Shown: one piece after another, positions 38,600 to 51,884 of the stretch
Numbering within the stretch: position 1 is the stretch's first letter
How the letters are laid out: every line of letters starts with the position of its first letter
Source of the DNA: Felis catus
Lineage: Eukaryota
DNA: 64,000 nucleotides
Assembly (NCBI RefSeq): GCF_018350175.1
Contig: NC_058368.1
Coordinates: 228,286,001-228,350,000, forward strand
Reading direction: 5' to 3'
Notes under the pieces: model-generated
What the model saw: only the letters and a program-made list of their open reading frames with translations
The model's database searches: none
What the model was told of the DNA's origin: nothing
Made by a program: the position numbers and the translations under genes

Positions 38600-39312
38600 A
38601 GTTGTCAGTCACCTGAGAAATCTTACCTCAAGAGAGTGGCTTGCAAAGTGTTGTGAGGGCTGCATGGATGGAAGAGGGGCTATCTTGGGTCCTGTATGGG
38701 TTTTTTCTATGGCTCTGATGTGAAAGAGCTGATCTGGAATCATTTTACCATTTTCCTGAGACGATCTATGTAAGGAATGATAGGACTGCAGTGGACAGAA
38801 CATTTCTGTGGAGTGAACAGCACTGGAGGGCCCAGGAACACCAAGAGGGAAAGTGTGCACCTACTGGGTCTTAGGAGTTGTCAGAGAGGTCATGAAGGTG
38901 CATGCTAGAGGTGGACTCAGTTTTCTCATGTGCCAGGTCTTTAGCAGGCAGTCAGCAGAGGACAGGGCCAGCAGGTAGAAAGTCTCTGTGCCCTTCCCCT
39001 CCTCCCGCCCTATATCTGATCAAGAAGAAACCTAGAGGTAGCCATGGTGTAGGTAGATAGGTCACCTGGTAGACAGGAAGAAGGGGAAAGAGCAATCAGG
39101 AAAAGAGATCAAGCTTCCCCTTCTGTGCTTCTTGCTTGGGAAGTGATCATATATGATTACTGAATTGTGACTATCAACTGACTATAAGACTTTAATTTCC
39201 TTACAGTGACCAACAAAGTCTTGAGTCAGCCTGACTTTTCATCCATTTTTAAAGGACTATTTTAAAGGGCCAGAGGGATACAAAAGTAAAGTTGCATTGT
39301 TTATATTTCACA
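38600..39312 (+). mobile_element. Possible ancient Gypsy-type LTR (MamGypLTR-like)
   Basis: Ends aaagtaaagttgcattgtttatatttcaca; family resemblance only. Confidence 0.3.
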
Positions 39313-40629
39313 GGTGAGATTGCCCTATGCCCCAATTACCTTTAGATGGAGCCATCTAGGGTGATTTAGGTGACCTGAGAATCTGTTTCTTTATCTCTAA
39401 ATTAGTGACAATAGTTCTGTCTGTGCAGGGTAAGAGTGATGATGACGGTGAAGTGTTTTACTCTTGATAGGAGTTTGATCAATTCTATCTTCTTTCAAAC
39501 CATCTTACTTGATTTTAAATTATTTCATGAAATAATAGTTTTGATTACAACCTTCTAGGAAGAAGAAGAGATTTAGAGTAAAAGGCATGTTGAAATTTTA
39601 TTTTGATGAAAGAGTTTCTTCTCCCATATTCATTGTGCTTTTCAGTTTTCAACAATGCAGGCAGGTAGCGTGGCACATTTCCCTTTTTGTTTGGACAGCC
39701 CAATGGGAACCAAAGGATTTCCATCTCTCCTTCTCAAAAAAGATGAGAGCATGGAACTAGCTCATCCCCTATGAGAGCTCCTGACCAAAAGCTGTCTATT
39801 TTTAATATCCATGGAAGCTATAAGTTTTCTCAGAGGATTCCTAAGAGCAAAGGAAAGAGAAATTCTGCTCTATCAGGGTCTTAAAAACTGTCACCTCCTC
39901 CTCTGCTGGCTTTCAGGGTGAACAAAGCAGGTGACACAAAAGCACACCCTTAACAAAGGCTATAATTAGATGCCAAAGAGACTCAAGTATCCCCATCCCT
40001 CTCCTCCACCTCCTTACACGATACAGAGCCACAACAACTCAAACAAAGTGCAACCATTCATTTTGAAGAATAGTTCCTGTTGACTTATCACTTGTTAACT
40101 ATGAGGAGTATATATGTAGTTCTCTTTTGAGTTTCCAACTGGGTTGGGTGCAGGGATATGAGTAGAGTCCACATCAGAATTTTTAAGGGCTATTGAACTG
40201 TTGTTCATTTCACTGGGTAAAGGAGACCTCTGTGAGTCCTCTGTGGTTATTAATGAAAATTCAGCACAAGATGATTCAGAGAATATAGCTGATATTTCTG
40301 CTCTTGTCATACTGTGCTGGGCAGAGTCCTGCCACCATGAGTCAAAGTGAAGATGACACACAGGACATTTGTATCAGAATCTATAATGACAGGCCTGGGC
40401 CCTGTTTAGAGTAGAAGAAAAGTCCCTGCCTTCATTCTCAGCACAGACTGATTTCTGTAGCACAAATGCTCAGGAACTCAGAGAAGCCAGGTTCTGTATG
40501 TATGTGTCAAATGTTTCTGGATGGTTTTAATCCAGTACTAAAAACTTTGTTTCATCAGAAATTCAGTAGAACTGAACTTTGTTGGGAAGCCCATTTTGGT
40601 GATAACATAGCAAATTTATTTGTCAGTCT

Positions 40630-41506
40630 TTCTCTTTCTTAATTGAAAACATTTATTGTTGTGATATGAGTATAAAGGTTAATAAGTCAAATAGTATGGA
40701 GAAGATTTAGTGAAAATCAGCTGTCCCCTGCCCCACTCTTTCCCACCCCTAAGTTCCACTCCAGAGGGCTAACCATGTCTAAATCAACAGTGCTTTATTC
40801 CTCCCCTGGCATTTATTTCCATGTTTCTAAGGAAAATGCATATGCTTGCTGTTCCCATATTTATCCATTTTATTTTATTATTTTATTTTATTTTTTTAAA
40901 GTTTGTTTATGTAATCTCTATACCCAATGTGGGGCTCAAACTCATGACCACAAGATCAGGAGCCACATGCTCTACTGACTGAACCACCTGGGTGCTCCTA
41001 TGTTTGCCTATTTTAGACATTATCTATTGTCTTATCATAGAAGATAAAAATTTGAGGGGTAACTTTTTTTGAGAACTTACATATTATAAGATTTTTTTTT
41101 CTTTATGATTTCACACTTAGTTTAGGAGCTTTCTGGGTCTAAAATTCTGGGTTGGAATCTATTTGAAATTTTAGGTCTGTTGCTCAATTTCCCTCTGCTT
41201 TCCATTTTATTTCTTATTTTTTTACTGCAAAATTTCCCCAAATCCCCAATCCTTAGAAACTTATAGCGGCTTTGTCCTTGGTTTTCTGGATCTTCATGGA
41301 GATAAGTCTTGGTGTGGGTCTTTTCTCTCTCATTGGACTGGGACTTGTCATGCTCTTTCAATTAGGAAATTGTATTTTATAACTTATTTAATAGTTTCAA
41401 CTCTATTTTCATATGTATTATAACTTGGACCGATAACTTGGGTAGATGTTGATTCTATGTTTAAGGGTGCTAAATTTCTTATTGTTTCCCTACCATTTCC
41501 CATTTC

Positions 41507-41537
<31 letters not shown>

Positions 41538-42560
41538 TTATATCTGGTGATGTTTTCTTGGGACTTTTTCTTCTACTTTTTCTAGTATATAATTCTATTT
41601 GTATGATCATTAATTTCTAAGAGTGTTTTGGATTTCTTTTATATATGATATTTTTCACACTCCATGGGTGAACTCTCATCTTTCTGGAGACGTTCATTAA
41701 AGATTTAAGGAGCATTTCTTCTGTTACGTTATATCTGATTCTTCTCAGTTTTTACGTCGATTTGTGTGGTCTCATTCGTGTCCCTCCCTTGTCTGGTGGC
41801 CTGAACTGTCTATTTGTAAGTAAGATCAAGGCATTTAAAAATCCAGTTTGAAGCTGTATGGATATGGGTAAGTCTTATTGATTGGAGACTTTTCTGACTA
41901 TTTGTCAGTACTTGTTGGACTTTTCCATGGACATTTCTCAGCTGGCTGCCATCTCTGGGAGTCAAGTGGGAGAAAGTGCCTGGAGATCTCACTTTTTATT
42001 ACTCCCTTAACTTATGCTTCTGTTTTCAGTAAGGCACTTCTCTCCTGCTGTTTTGGTTTTTGTTTGTTTGTTTTCTTCAGTCTAAAGCCCATCTGGCTCA
42101 GTATTCCCACAGAATAACTGTACATCTCCTGTTGGGTTGGAGGAGGGTAATCGTGGTGGGAGAATGTGCTGGGGGAAGGCGGTATGTGAGCTCTCCTTAC
42201 GTAGACTTTCCACTAATTCATTTGTGTTGAGCCTCTTGCACTAACTTCACCCTCTGTGCAGCTGACACCTCCAAAATCTGAGTTTTCCCTGGGTTCTGAG
42301 TCTCAGACAGATTTTCTTATCTTTGGCTTCTTCCTCTGTAGTTCTTAGAATTCAGCTTTTACAGATGCATCAGGTTCAATGTCATCCCATGTCCCAAAAT
42401 GTTTTGATCCCTCCCTTTGTCTTTCTTTGCCTTTTTATCTTAATTTCTGTTTACCTCTGTAGGTTTTAAATGATCATTTTGGCAATTTTTCTGTATTACT
42501 TTAGGGGGTTGGGAAAGGAATAATGATTAAAGCATATTTAATCACCCAAGTTTTGCCTCC
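40630..42560 (-). mobile_element. Ancient HAL1/L1ME-type LINE relic
   Basis: T-rich strand; ccactccagagggctaacca...ctggcatttatttccatgtttctaa 3' signature; ORF1-like decayed body. Confidence 0.55.
40868..40998 (-). mobile_element. Short tRNA-Lys-like carnivore SINE
   Basis: gtaatctctatacccaatgtggggctcaaactcatgaccacaagatcaggagccacatgctctactgactgaaccacctgggtgctcc. Confidence 0.9.
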
Positions 42561-42854
42561 TTCTTATCTAAGATTTCTTTACCATGGAGTCATTCTGGCC
42601 TGAGATTTAGTCCTGCTCTGTCACTTACTACTATCTGTTCACCTACTTAGTATTCCCATCCTTAATGTAGATACTACAATGCCTATTACATTGAATTTGT
42701 GGAAGCCCCACCTAACATAATATCTGGAACAACATCTAACCATGGTAGATTGAATATTAACAAGTACTTTTGTTTCATACTAGTTCTCCACCCTGTTTCT
42801 ACTCACAAATCACTCTCACAACACATTGAGGCCCAGGGGCTATAGTCCCGTCAT

Positions 42855-43512
42855 ATGCATTTGGCAGATATTTCTTACCCAGATACAGGCACTGTCCTTG
42901 CAGTGGGGCTCTAGAGGTAAATAAAACAAAGTCCTTCTCCTTCAGGATTTACATTCTAGGGAGGGAGGAAGACAAATAGATTTATAGGAAAACTAAAGTA
43001 TGTCAGATGGCAACAAGGGCTGTGGGCATAAGGAAAGAAAGGTCAGTGCTAAGGTATGTGTGGAGGGAAGCTGCTATTTAATGTAGAGTAGGCAGGGAGA
43101 ACCCCACTGAGAATGTGACTTTTAACGGAAACATGACTTAAAGGGGTAGGGAGTAAGCAGTACACATAGGAAGAACCTTCTAAGCAGAGGGATCAGGCCA
43201 TATAAAACCCAAGGTGAGAGGGGTGAGTGGCTGGCTCAGTTGGTACAACATGTGCCTCTTGATCTCAGGGTTGTGAGTTCAGGCCCTATGTTGGGCACAG
43301 AGCTTACTTAAAAACAAAATAGAACAAAACCCAAGGTGGGAACATGATTGTCAAATTTAAGGAATAGAAAAGGGGTCGGTATGGCCCACATGGAAGGAAA
43401 TGAGCTCATACCTGGTAGGATCTTAGATACCTTTGATAAGACTGGTTTTCACCTGACTGTACTTGTGAGCTATTAGAGGGCTTTGATCAGAGGAGTTACA
43501 TAATACCTTATG
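42855..43512 (-). mobile_element. L2 3' relic
   Basis: caggcactgtcc...aataaaacaaagtccttctccttcaggatttacattctagg...ctattagagggctttgatcagaggag. Confidence 0.8.
43220..43325 (+). mobile_element. Short tRNA-Lys-like carnivore SINE nested in L2
   Basis: ggctggctcagttggtacaacatgtgcctcttgatctcagggttgtgagttcaggcccta; TSD aaaacccaaggtg. Confidence 0.9.
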
Positions 43513-44727
43513 GATGGATGGACCTCCTTTCACTGCAATGTGTTATCTTTGTATGATAGTCAGTGGTATCATGTTGGCAGCATCATATCTGTTGGGTCTC
43601 TATCTACACATGCTTTCATTGGCTGTGCCTTACTTTCCCAAGACCAGCCTCTTCACCATGTTGATTTTTCCAGGCTCAACCAGAATCAGTTCTAGTTCTT
43701 CTCTATGCCCAAGCCTTCCAACTTCTACTTCAACAAATCCCACTCAATAATGTGTTTCAAGTCACCCTTCAATGTTTGCCTGAACTTAGAGCTCAATTTT
43801 TGCTTGAGTGTAATAAAACTTTACACTTGCTTTCTTCTCTGCCTCCTGCTTGCTGTAAAGTTTCTGCCCACAGCTTCTCTAACTTAATGAAACCTGTTAT
43901 TTGATTGTGTTATGTCTGGCAATTCACATTAAACCAATCACTAAGATGAGGTTGTGCTTTGGAATGGAACCAAGGAGTTTCAGTTCTCAGTAATATCCCA
44001 AAACAATATGCTCTTACCTCAATGGCTCTGCAAAGACTATCTGGACCCTTGGGAACACTGCCTGGCTACATACCATAGAAAAACAAATGTGTTTGGTGAG
44101 ATATGCCGCCTATCCAGTCTTGTGTTACATTACTTGAATGTTTTCACTGTCAAAATCAGTGTGGGCCTCCAGGCATTTCTTCTAGCCAAGGCTTTTATGC
44201 ACAGAGGAGCTACATGGCTAGGTAGAATGGCAGAGGTCATGTGACAGTTCCCTTTGGGAAATCAATGCCATGCTTCACAAAGGCATCATTCATTGAAAAA
44301 CACTCTTGGTTATAGTTTGGGAACCACTCTATTTTCTTGGGTTCTTCATTGGTCACCCCTTTACTCTTAATTTAATATGAATATTAATGCCATTTTATTA
44401 GCCTTAAGTTTTCTGCTGAAGTCAGTACTCCTGGTGGACAAGTCTGGGATTAGCCATAGTAGATATTTCAGAATACAGAGAGGCAGTAATTTTTTTCCTA
44501 GTCTTAGTCATAACTACAAAACCTTGAAAGAGACTCCGATACTTACCTCTAGGATAATAATTTGGGGCTTAGGTAATCACTAGAATCCCTAGTTTGGAAC
44601 TAGGTATCAATGCCTCCTATGCGATTGTGTTGACTGCTGGGCACATAAAGCTGAACAAGGCACAATCTGTGTGCTCAGGGAGTTTATACTCTGGAGGTAG
44701 GAACAGACCAATAAATGGGTAGAAGAT

Positions 44728-44960
44728 GTGTCTAGGTTTGTACCAGAGATCTATGTCTTCTCCCATAGTGTAGAGTTGCTGCCAGGCAGTGGGTTCTTGG
44801 CCTGAGATTACATTGCCCAGTCCCCTTGAATACAGTTATGACCATATGGGTTCCTCAATCTGAATCCTGTAGGACTATATGGATCAGAAACTCCCCACCT
44901 CATTTTAATGGGTCACTAACATTAGCTGTTACTGTTATTGTAGAAAGAACTACATTTATA
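44728..44960 (+). mobile_element. MaLR LTR fragment (MLT1I/J-like)
   Basis: gagattacattgcccagtccccttgaatacagttatgaccatatg. Confidence 0.5.
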
Positions 44961-45063
44961 TTTTTCTCTGGATAGCAAATGGAGTTGCTCTAAATAATTC
45001 CATTGGCAATTTTGGGAACACACAGAAACTAACCCAGGCTTGGAAGGTGAGGCAAATCTTTTA

Positions 45064-45274
45064 CATTTTTTTAATGTTGATTTATTTTTGAGAGAGCAAG
45101 AGACAGACTGTGAGTGAAGGAGGGGCAGAGAGAGACAGAGGCACGGAATCTGAAGCAGGCTCCAGGCTCTGAGCTATCAGCACAGAGCCAGACACGGGAC
45201 TCGAGCTCAGGAACTGTGAGATCATTACCTGAGCCAATGTTGGATGCTTAACCAACTGAGCCACTCAGGTGCCC
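45064..45274 (-). mobile_element. CAN-SINE (SINEC_Fc)
   Basis: Full body ending ccactcaggtgccc; TSD tgagg(c/a)aaatct. Confidence 0.96.
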
Positions 45275-45286
45275 TGAGGAAAATCT

Positions 45287-45288
45287 AT

Positions 45289-45331
<43 letters not shown>

Positions 45332-45983
45332 TCAATATATGAAATTTATTGTCAAATTGGTTTCCATACAACACCCAGTGCTCATCCCAAAAGGTGCCCT
45401 CCTCAATGCCCATCACCCACCCTCCCCTCCCTCCCACCCCCCATCAACCCTCAGTTTGTTCTCAATTTTTAAGAGTCTCTTATGCTTTGGCTCTCTCCCA
45501 CTCTAACCTCTTTTTTTTTTCCTTCCCCTCCCCCATGGGTTTCTGTTAAGTTTCTCAGGATCCACATAAGAGTGAAAACATATGGTATCTGTCTTTCTCT
45601 GTATGGCTTATTTCACTTAGCATCACACTCTCCAGTTCCATCCACATTGCTACAAAGGGCCATATTTTGTTCTTTCTCATTGCCATGTAGTACTCCATTG
45701 TGTATATAAACCACAATTTCTTTATCCATTCATCAGTTGATGGACATTTAGGCTCTTTCCACAATTTGGCTATTGTTGAGAGTGCTGCTATAAACATTGG
45801 GGTACAAGTGCCCCTATGCATCAGTACTCCTGTATCCCTTGGGTAAATTCCTAGCAGTGCTATTGCTGGGTCATAGGGTAGGTCAATTTTTAATTTTCTG
45901 AGGAACCTCCACACTGTTTTCCAGAGTGGCTGCACCAATTTGCATTCCCACCAACAGTGCAAGAGGGTTCCCGTTTCTCCACA
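45287..45983 (-). mobile_element. Young 5'-truncated felid L1 (~700 bp: ORF2 C-terminus, 3' UTR, (TTTA)n tail)
   Basis: Open 135-aa frame [44 protein letters not shown]; perfect TSD gaggaaaatct at 45276 and 45984. Confidence 0.97.
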
Positions 45984-46299
45984 GAGGAAAATCTTTTAAA
46001 ATGGCAATTGTGTTGAATGTTGTTGAGTCGGTGGTTTGATTTAGGGTTTGGAATGCAAGGGATTAATCTGGGCTCAGGTTATGGGCTTAGGGTTTTCCAG
46101 TTTTAGCTTCCTGGCTCCTGAGAGATGAATGTGCATTTAATTTCATTTGGTAGATATTTTGTCCCTAAATAATGAGTCCCTGGAATTTCAGAGTCATTTG
46201 GCAGTTTTTGACCAACCACAGCTCAAATTCTGTTAGGTGAAATGAATAGTAGTTAATGTTCATTGTAATGTAAGTTTTAAGCCTATATAGCAGATGGAA

Positions 46300-47100
46300 T
46301 TTTCAGTGCTCTAAATACCATCCAGTTGTCTACCTCCTTAACATTTCCATTTGAATGTCTAATAGACGTTTCAAATGTACAATGGCCAAACAGAAATTTT
46401 AGATTTTGCCACCCTCAAAACCTCTGTTCCCCATCTCAGAAGACCTCAAGAACACGTTGCTCAAGAACGTCTATCCACAACACCTATGGGGTCATTCTAT
46501 AGGTCTGTCTTTATTTATTCTTACATTTAATCCCTCAACAAGAACTTTAAGCTCTACTTCCAAAATAAATCCCTCTTCTGTCGACTCCTTTCTTCTCTGT
46601 TGGTATCACCTGGTCCAGGCCACACCATCCTCACTTTCCTGGACCACTGTAAGGACCTGCGAGTCTGTCTCCCTGAAAACTGTGTTGCTCTTCTGTCCTC
46701 CATTTTCCACACAGCATCAGCATAGCTTTTTGCACCTTAGGTCAGATCACTTCACTTTCCTACCGCATTCTATACCGTGGTCTATGAGGCCCTGCACTTT
46801 TGGACTCTGTCATTTGCTCATTAGGACCCAGTTATGCTGGTTTGCTCTGTTTCTCAATACAGCAAGCTTATCACCACCTTCGGCCTTTTGCACCAACCCT
46901 TCACTCTGCCTGTAGTGCTTCTTCTCCATGTCTTTTCACCCTGGCTCCTCCATGTTGCTTGGATCTCAGCTCAGAAGTCACCTCCACCTCTTTGGTGTTA
47001 CCTTCCTTACCATATTCTGTGACTTAATGGGTCTACAGTATTTATCTCTGTTTGAACTACCTTGCTCGTTGATTTCGTTACTTGTGTTTTATTTACCTAA
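46300..47100 (+). mobile_element. L2 relic
   Basis: atccagttgtctacctccttaacatttccatttgaatgtctaatagacgtttcaaatgtacaatggccaaacagaa. Confidence 0.8.
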
Positions 47101-47103
47101 CTT

Positions 47104-47337
47104 AGGGCTTCTCGACCTCAGCACTATTAACATTGTGGGACAGATGATGCTTTATTGGGGGGAGTTCTCCTGTGCACTGGAAGATGTTGAGTAGCATCCC
47201 TGGCTTTAACCCACTAGCTGCCATTAGCATCCTCACATCCTAACCGCAGTTATGACAAGTGAAAATGAACATCTCCAATCATTGTCAAATGTCCCCTGGG
47301 AAAAATTCTACTCTCCTTTCTTGTTGAGAACCACTTG
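47104..47337 (-). mobile_element. MER20 hAT MITE
   Basis: gggcttctcgacctcagcactattaacatt...tcctgtgcactggaagatgttgagtagcatccctggc...caaatgtcccctggg...ttgagaaccact. Confidence 0.9.
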
Positions 47338-47349
47338 TATAACCCATGG

Positions 47350-48660
47350 TGCAGCTAGGTTTATAGTATAGCTGCTCTTTCCCGGGGCTCTGGGAGGGGT
47401 CCCACAGTGTGTTCATATGGAGAGTGTGTGTATAATTTTCCAAAGTTAAGATACCTGAACTATAATCAGTTAAGGGTACAGTCTCTTTCCACCCTATATT
47501 TTCCTCCATTTACATTGTGTTCGAGTGGCCATATATATGTTGGAGATTTAGCTAAATTGGTTTTAGTTAAGTGTAGAGGGATGTGTGAATGTGGTAACTG
47601 CCTTGAGTATGAAGTTATTTCTAGTTGTACTGCTGTAGGAGAGGCTTCCAGTAGTACGTCCACTGCCCGTTGTGCTGGCTTACCTGGAACAGGCACACAA
47701 GGGTAAAGGGTCAGACATCACACCCTGATATGAACATGTCCTATGGCACCTAGTATGAGGAGTTGAACGTATGAAGAGAGATGCTACTTCGTGGAAAATT
47801 ATGACGTTAAATATGTAAAATTCTAAAAGGAAGATTTGCTTCTTATCGGCTTTCAAGATGAGTATCCTCCCCTGTCAGGAGTATGGCCAGTTTCTTCTTT
47901 TGATGGTACTCACACAGTATAGAAATTTTCAGAATTCCTTCTGTTCACAGTGCACATATCTGTGGCAGAGTTATCTCTAACAGCTCATATGTGAAAGAAA
48001 CATGATAAAGGTTTTCCCCAAATTGACAAAAAATGCTAAAAATGTCATCCCAGTATCAGGTTATGGAGCTGAAATAAACTTTGGCTGTACTATCAATAAC
48101 AAATACAAATTTTTTCAACCACGCTAGAGGAAAGACTAGATTATCTTCCTATTCTGTTTATAGGAGAAGATACTTAAAAGTCATATGAGAGATAAAGAGT
48201 ATGCAGTCAGTGGGGGGGCGCTCAGTCCATTAACTGTCTGACTCTTGATTTCAGCTCAGGTCATGATCTCACAGTTTGTGGGATCAAGCCGTATGTTGGG
48301 CTCTGTGCTGACAGTGCAGAGCCTGCTTGGGATTCTTTCTCTCTCTTTTTTTTTCTCTTTCCCTTAAAATAAATAAATAAACAATAAAAATAGAGTACAC
48401 AGTCAAACTCTAAGGAAAAAATAATCTGGTATGCATTTAAGTAGGTAATTAACTAAAATGTTATACTCTCTTTCAAAAAATGTTATGTGTTTTTCAATAT
48501 TTGTGGTATTTCCTAGGTCTTAAAAATAGAAAATTTGTTTCTTTCTAAATTAATATTCACGTTTGCACCTAATTTTATGTTAATAACTTCTGGTATTCCT
48601 ATTTGAAAGAGATCTCCCAAATTGGATAAGCTGGAGGCCCACACAACCTGAACCAAGCAC
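47350..48660 (+). mobile_element. Arthur1/MER69B-like hAT-Tip100 DNA transposon relic
   Basis: gatatgaacatgtcctatggcacc; decayed hAT C-terminal coding (caaccacgctagaggaaagactagattatcttcctattct = T.LEERLDYL.IL); end ctcccaaattggataagctggaggcccacacaacctg. Confidence 0.8.
48212..48391 (+). mobile_element. CAN-SINE (SINEC_Fc2-like) nested in the hAT relic
   Basis: TSD agagta(tg/ca)cagtca; ctcaggtcatgatctcacagtttgtgggatcaagcc. Confidence 0.93.
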
Positions 48661-49084
48661 AGGCCTAACCCTTCCAGAACGCAGGTGATTTGGGATTAGG
48701 GGCTTTGCTTGCCTTGTTTACTAATGTACTCCTGGTGTGTAGGAAGGATACATTGCTCATAGCAGACTCAACACACAAGTCCATGACAGCTGTTGGGCAT
48801 TTTGTGCAGGCAGTATTGAGTCTTTCCAAGAAACCTGGAATTCTCTTGGCTAGCGTGTATGTTAGGTGGTCTATACCTTGAGTTGAGTGGGGTGAAGTCT
48901 GGCAACTTTCATAGGGTCTGTCAGAAGGAATACTGGGAACAGTAATACTGCATTTGTGCTCCTTCTTCTCCTCTTTCTTCTTTCCTCAGAAACATAGCTT
49001 TGCAAATGTAAGATTTCCTCTTTGTATTTTTGGGAGTTGGCCTATTGTCTGATCATATTTTTTCAACGGAAATCTAAAAACCAT

Positions 49085-49250
49085 ATTCAGCCTGTCTAAG
49101 CCATGGTTTCCTCAATGGCCAAGTACAGATTTAAAAGTATCTACTGTATATGGATTTTTGAGGGGATTAAGTAGGACAAAGTATGCAACGGCCTCAGTAC
49201 TGTGGCTGGTATATTGTATAAGTAGTGATTAAATCATAGCTACTATTATT
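49085..49250 (+). mobile_element. MIR relic
   Basis: cctgtctaagccatggtttcctcaa...gaggggattaagtagga...tagctactattatt. Confidence 0.65.
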
Positions 49251-51884
49251 TTGATGTTATCCATGGAGCACTTGTCTCCATAAAATCATAGTAATTGATG
49301 GTATTGGTGCAAAGTATATTTTTATATTTCCACATGCTCATCAAAGCCCTACTATAAGGTTAATCACTATAAGGTGGTGAGGTATTCATGTTAAAGTTCC
49401 ATAGACATTGAGGAACGTAATCACAACTTCTATTTAAGGTCTCAAGCTAGAGTAAGAGACTCTCAGCATCATGAATCTTCTAAAGTAGGCATACTGATGT
49501 GTGACTCATTAGTATCTTCAAGAGCAATGCTTAGAATTCTGAATTAGCTAGAGTTTCATCGTATACGTTGAAATTAATAGTAGTACTTGAAAATAGATTT
49601 AACATATTGTCCAGCTTTCTCTTTACTTGGGCCCCATTTTTGTCAGAATATTTTGTATTGGGCACTACACAGGCAGACAATGAGATTCTTTCAAAAACAA
49701 TGATTTATTGAATCCAAAGCCACAAGGTGAAATCCACCTCACATTCGTACAACAAAGAATGACAGAACCTAAAATAGAGTAGAAACACTAGAATCAAACT
49801 CTGGTGTTTTAAATGAACACCGCCCCCCCCCCCCCCCCCCCCCGCCCTCTGATTTCCTTTTAGGTTTAAATACTTGAGAAATGACCTTGAAAACTACAGT
49901 GTCCAATATACATCAAATCACTGCCATGAAGACAAAGTTAAAAACATAATGATTTGTTAGAAATTAAGGAGCTAAAGCTTTGATGTTACAGCTTTGATTT
50001 TTTTTTCCAGCAAGATATTGAACATCAAACAACGTATCATTCCAGAATGTCAGGTTTCTACTTTTTACGTTTTTGGTGGAAATTTGAGTCTTCAGACTCT
50101 AACATGGAAAGGTTATGTGGCAGAAAGTTGGCCTTTCTGAATTTTGCTGTTGATTGGGTCAAGTAGAAGTTAATCCTGTATTGCTGCTGATGCCCTGAGA
50201 CAAGGGAATGTTTTGCAATTTAATGTGAAATTCGTTAACTCTGCAAATGTTTACTGTATACCTAGCTAATGTCGGATACTGTAATGGGTGCTACAGATTC
50301 AACTTCAAAACCTGATTTACCCTCTAGGGAGCCCACCATCTAGAAGACGCCAGAGTATACGAGCAGGTCTTTGCAGCCCTGTAAGTTGGAGTCACAGTAC
50401 CACTGGGTGTAAATGACAGAGTGGTTAGTGAAGGCATGGAAAAGAGATGTTTATGGTGAGTCTTCACAGGGGATTTGGTGTTTTTCAGGTGTCTGGGGAA
50501 TGAGATGGGGGAAAGGGAGGGGCTTGGAGAAGGAGAAATTAAGAGGTGAAGCAAGACTGTAGAGGGGTCTGCTATCCATCCTGGTGCCATGAGCACCTGA
50601 GAGGTTTTCAAGTACCAGAGGCACGTGACAATATTTGTAATAAAGAAAGATACCGTGGCCATGGGGTGAGAGCAGGCAAATGCGGCAAGTACAACCAAGT
50701 TGGAATGTTGAGCTCCAGCTGGATCATGGAGTCAGCGTTTGCACAAGTGTTCATCATCTGAAAACAGAAACATCATCTGGAAACACAAACCAATGATGAG
50801 AAACGAACCTCTGTAAATTAAAATTGAGTGATCATTTGCATTTCAAAGCTGTCACCTTCTTGATTTAATTCAGGAATGACTTTTCAGTCGCTGGAAGAGA
50901 ATGTGATCACTCACATTTTTAAAAACCTGTTTCTCTTTCTATCTCTTTTTCTTAAAGTTGGGTACATCTAGGTTAATAAACTATAAGCAAGGGTTTTAGA
51001 AGGAGCCCTGAGGGAAAAATCTAGGAAGGGTTCTTTGGGATGACTATATTTATTTCCGTTATTCTGCAATTACTCTACTTTAACCTTCAGGGTAATCATT
51101 GATTGCTTTCCTCGTTAGCGATTCCCCTGCTTGAACTCTCGAGGGAAAACGCCCAACTCAGAGACCAGCTCCTTTACTTATATATTGCACTTTACTTGGG
51201 TTTTACTCAAGTTTTCCATTTCCCTTGTTTCTTGGCCTTCCTGACACAATCCTAATAAGGCAAAGACAAGAGACAGAGAAACCGAAAGCCATCAGGTGTG
51301 TTATCATCCATCCGCACCATGGACATGTCCTCCAGCTGGTTCATTTCTCCTGGGAGATACGGTGAGAGCAGGAGAGAGTGAAAGAGGTTCAGACTTATAG
51401 GAAGTACAGATTTGAATGGCAAGCGAAACAAATTTACTCTCTGTACAGTAAGTATAATACCAGAGGGGCCAATCCATCAAAAACGAGTTTGTTAGGGAGG
51501 TGAAGGCCAACTAGGCAATTTTCCTGGGAGATGGAACTATGAGTCTGGCGAGGAAGCTTGGCAATTGAAGCAAAATGTACCAGACTTGGAACTGAAATGG
51601 CAGACATTCACTCCCGAGGACTATGGGCTCGGGAACTAATGGACTATGTTCCATTTTGTGGAACATGGCTCTTCTTCCAGATCACTGTGGCTGCCCTGAG
51701 GAGAGGGAGGCAGCAGAATTTTCCCCTCTGCTCCCCCTCTCTTCTCTACCATCTTCCAGGTCCACTCCTCAGCACCTGTCTATAGGCCTCTGGCTAAAGG
51801 CCTCTTGATGGCTCTTTAACTGGTCTTGTACCCTTTGCCATGGGCATATGTCTCCATTATCCTTCCATCAAAACTTGCCACTGC

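Noticed and set aside
43220..43325. tRNA-Lys gene (also 40868 and 55318)
   Set aside because: A-rich tails, TSDs and a disrupted cloverleaf identify these as short tRNA-derived SINEs
49821..49847. Poly-C tract (others near 935, 3940, 5756, 61272 and poly-G at 63200) as functional G-quadruplexes
   Set aside because: Simple homopolymers with no supporting context
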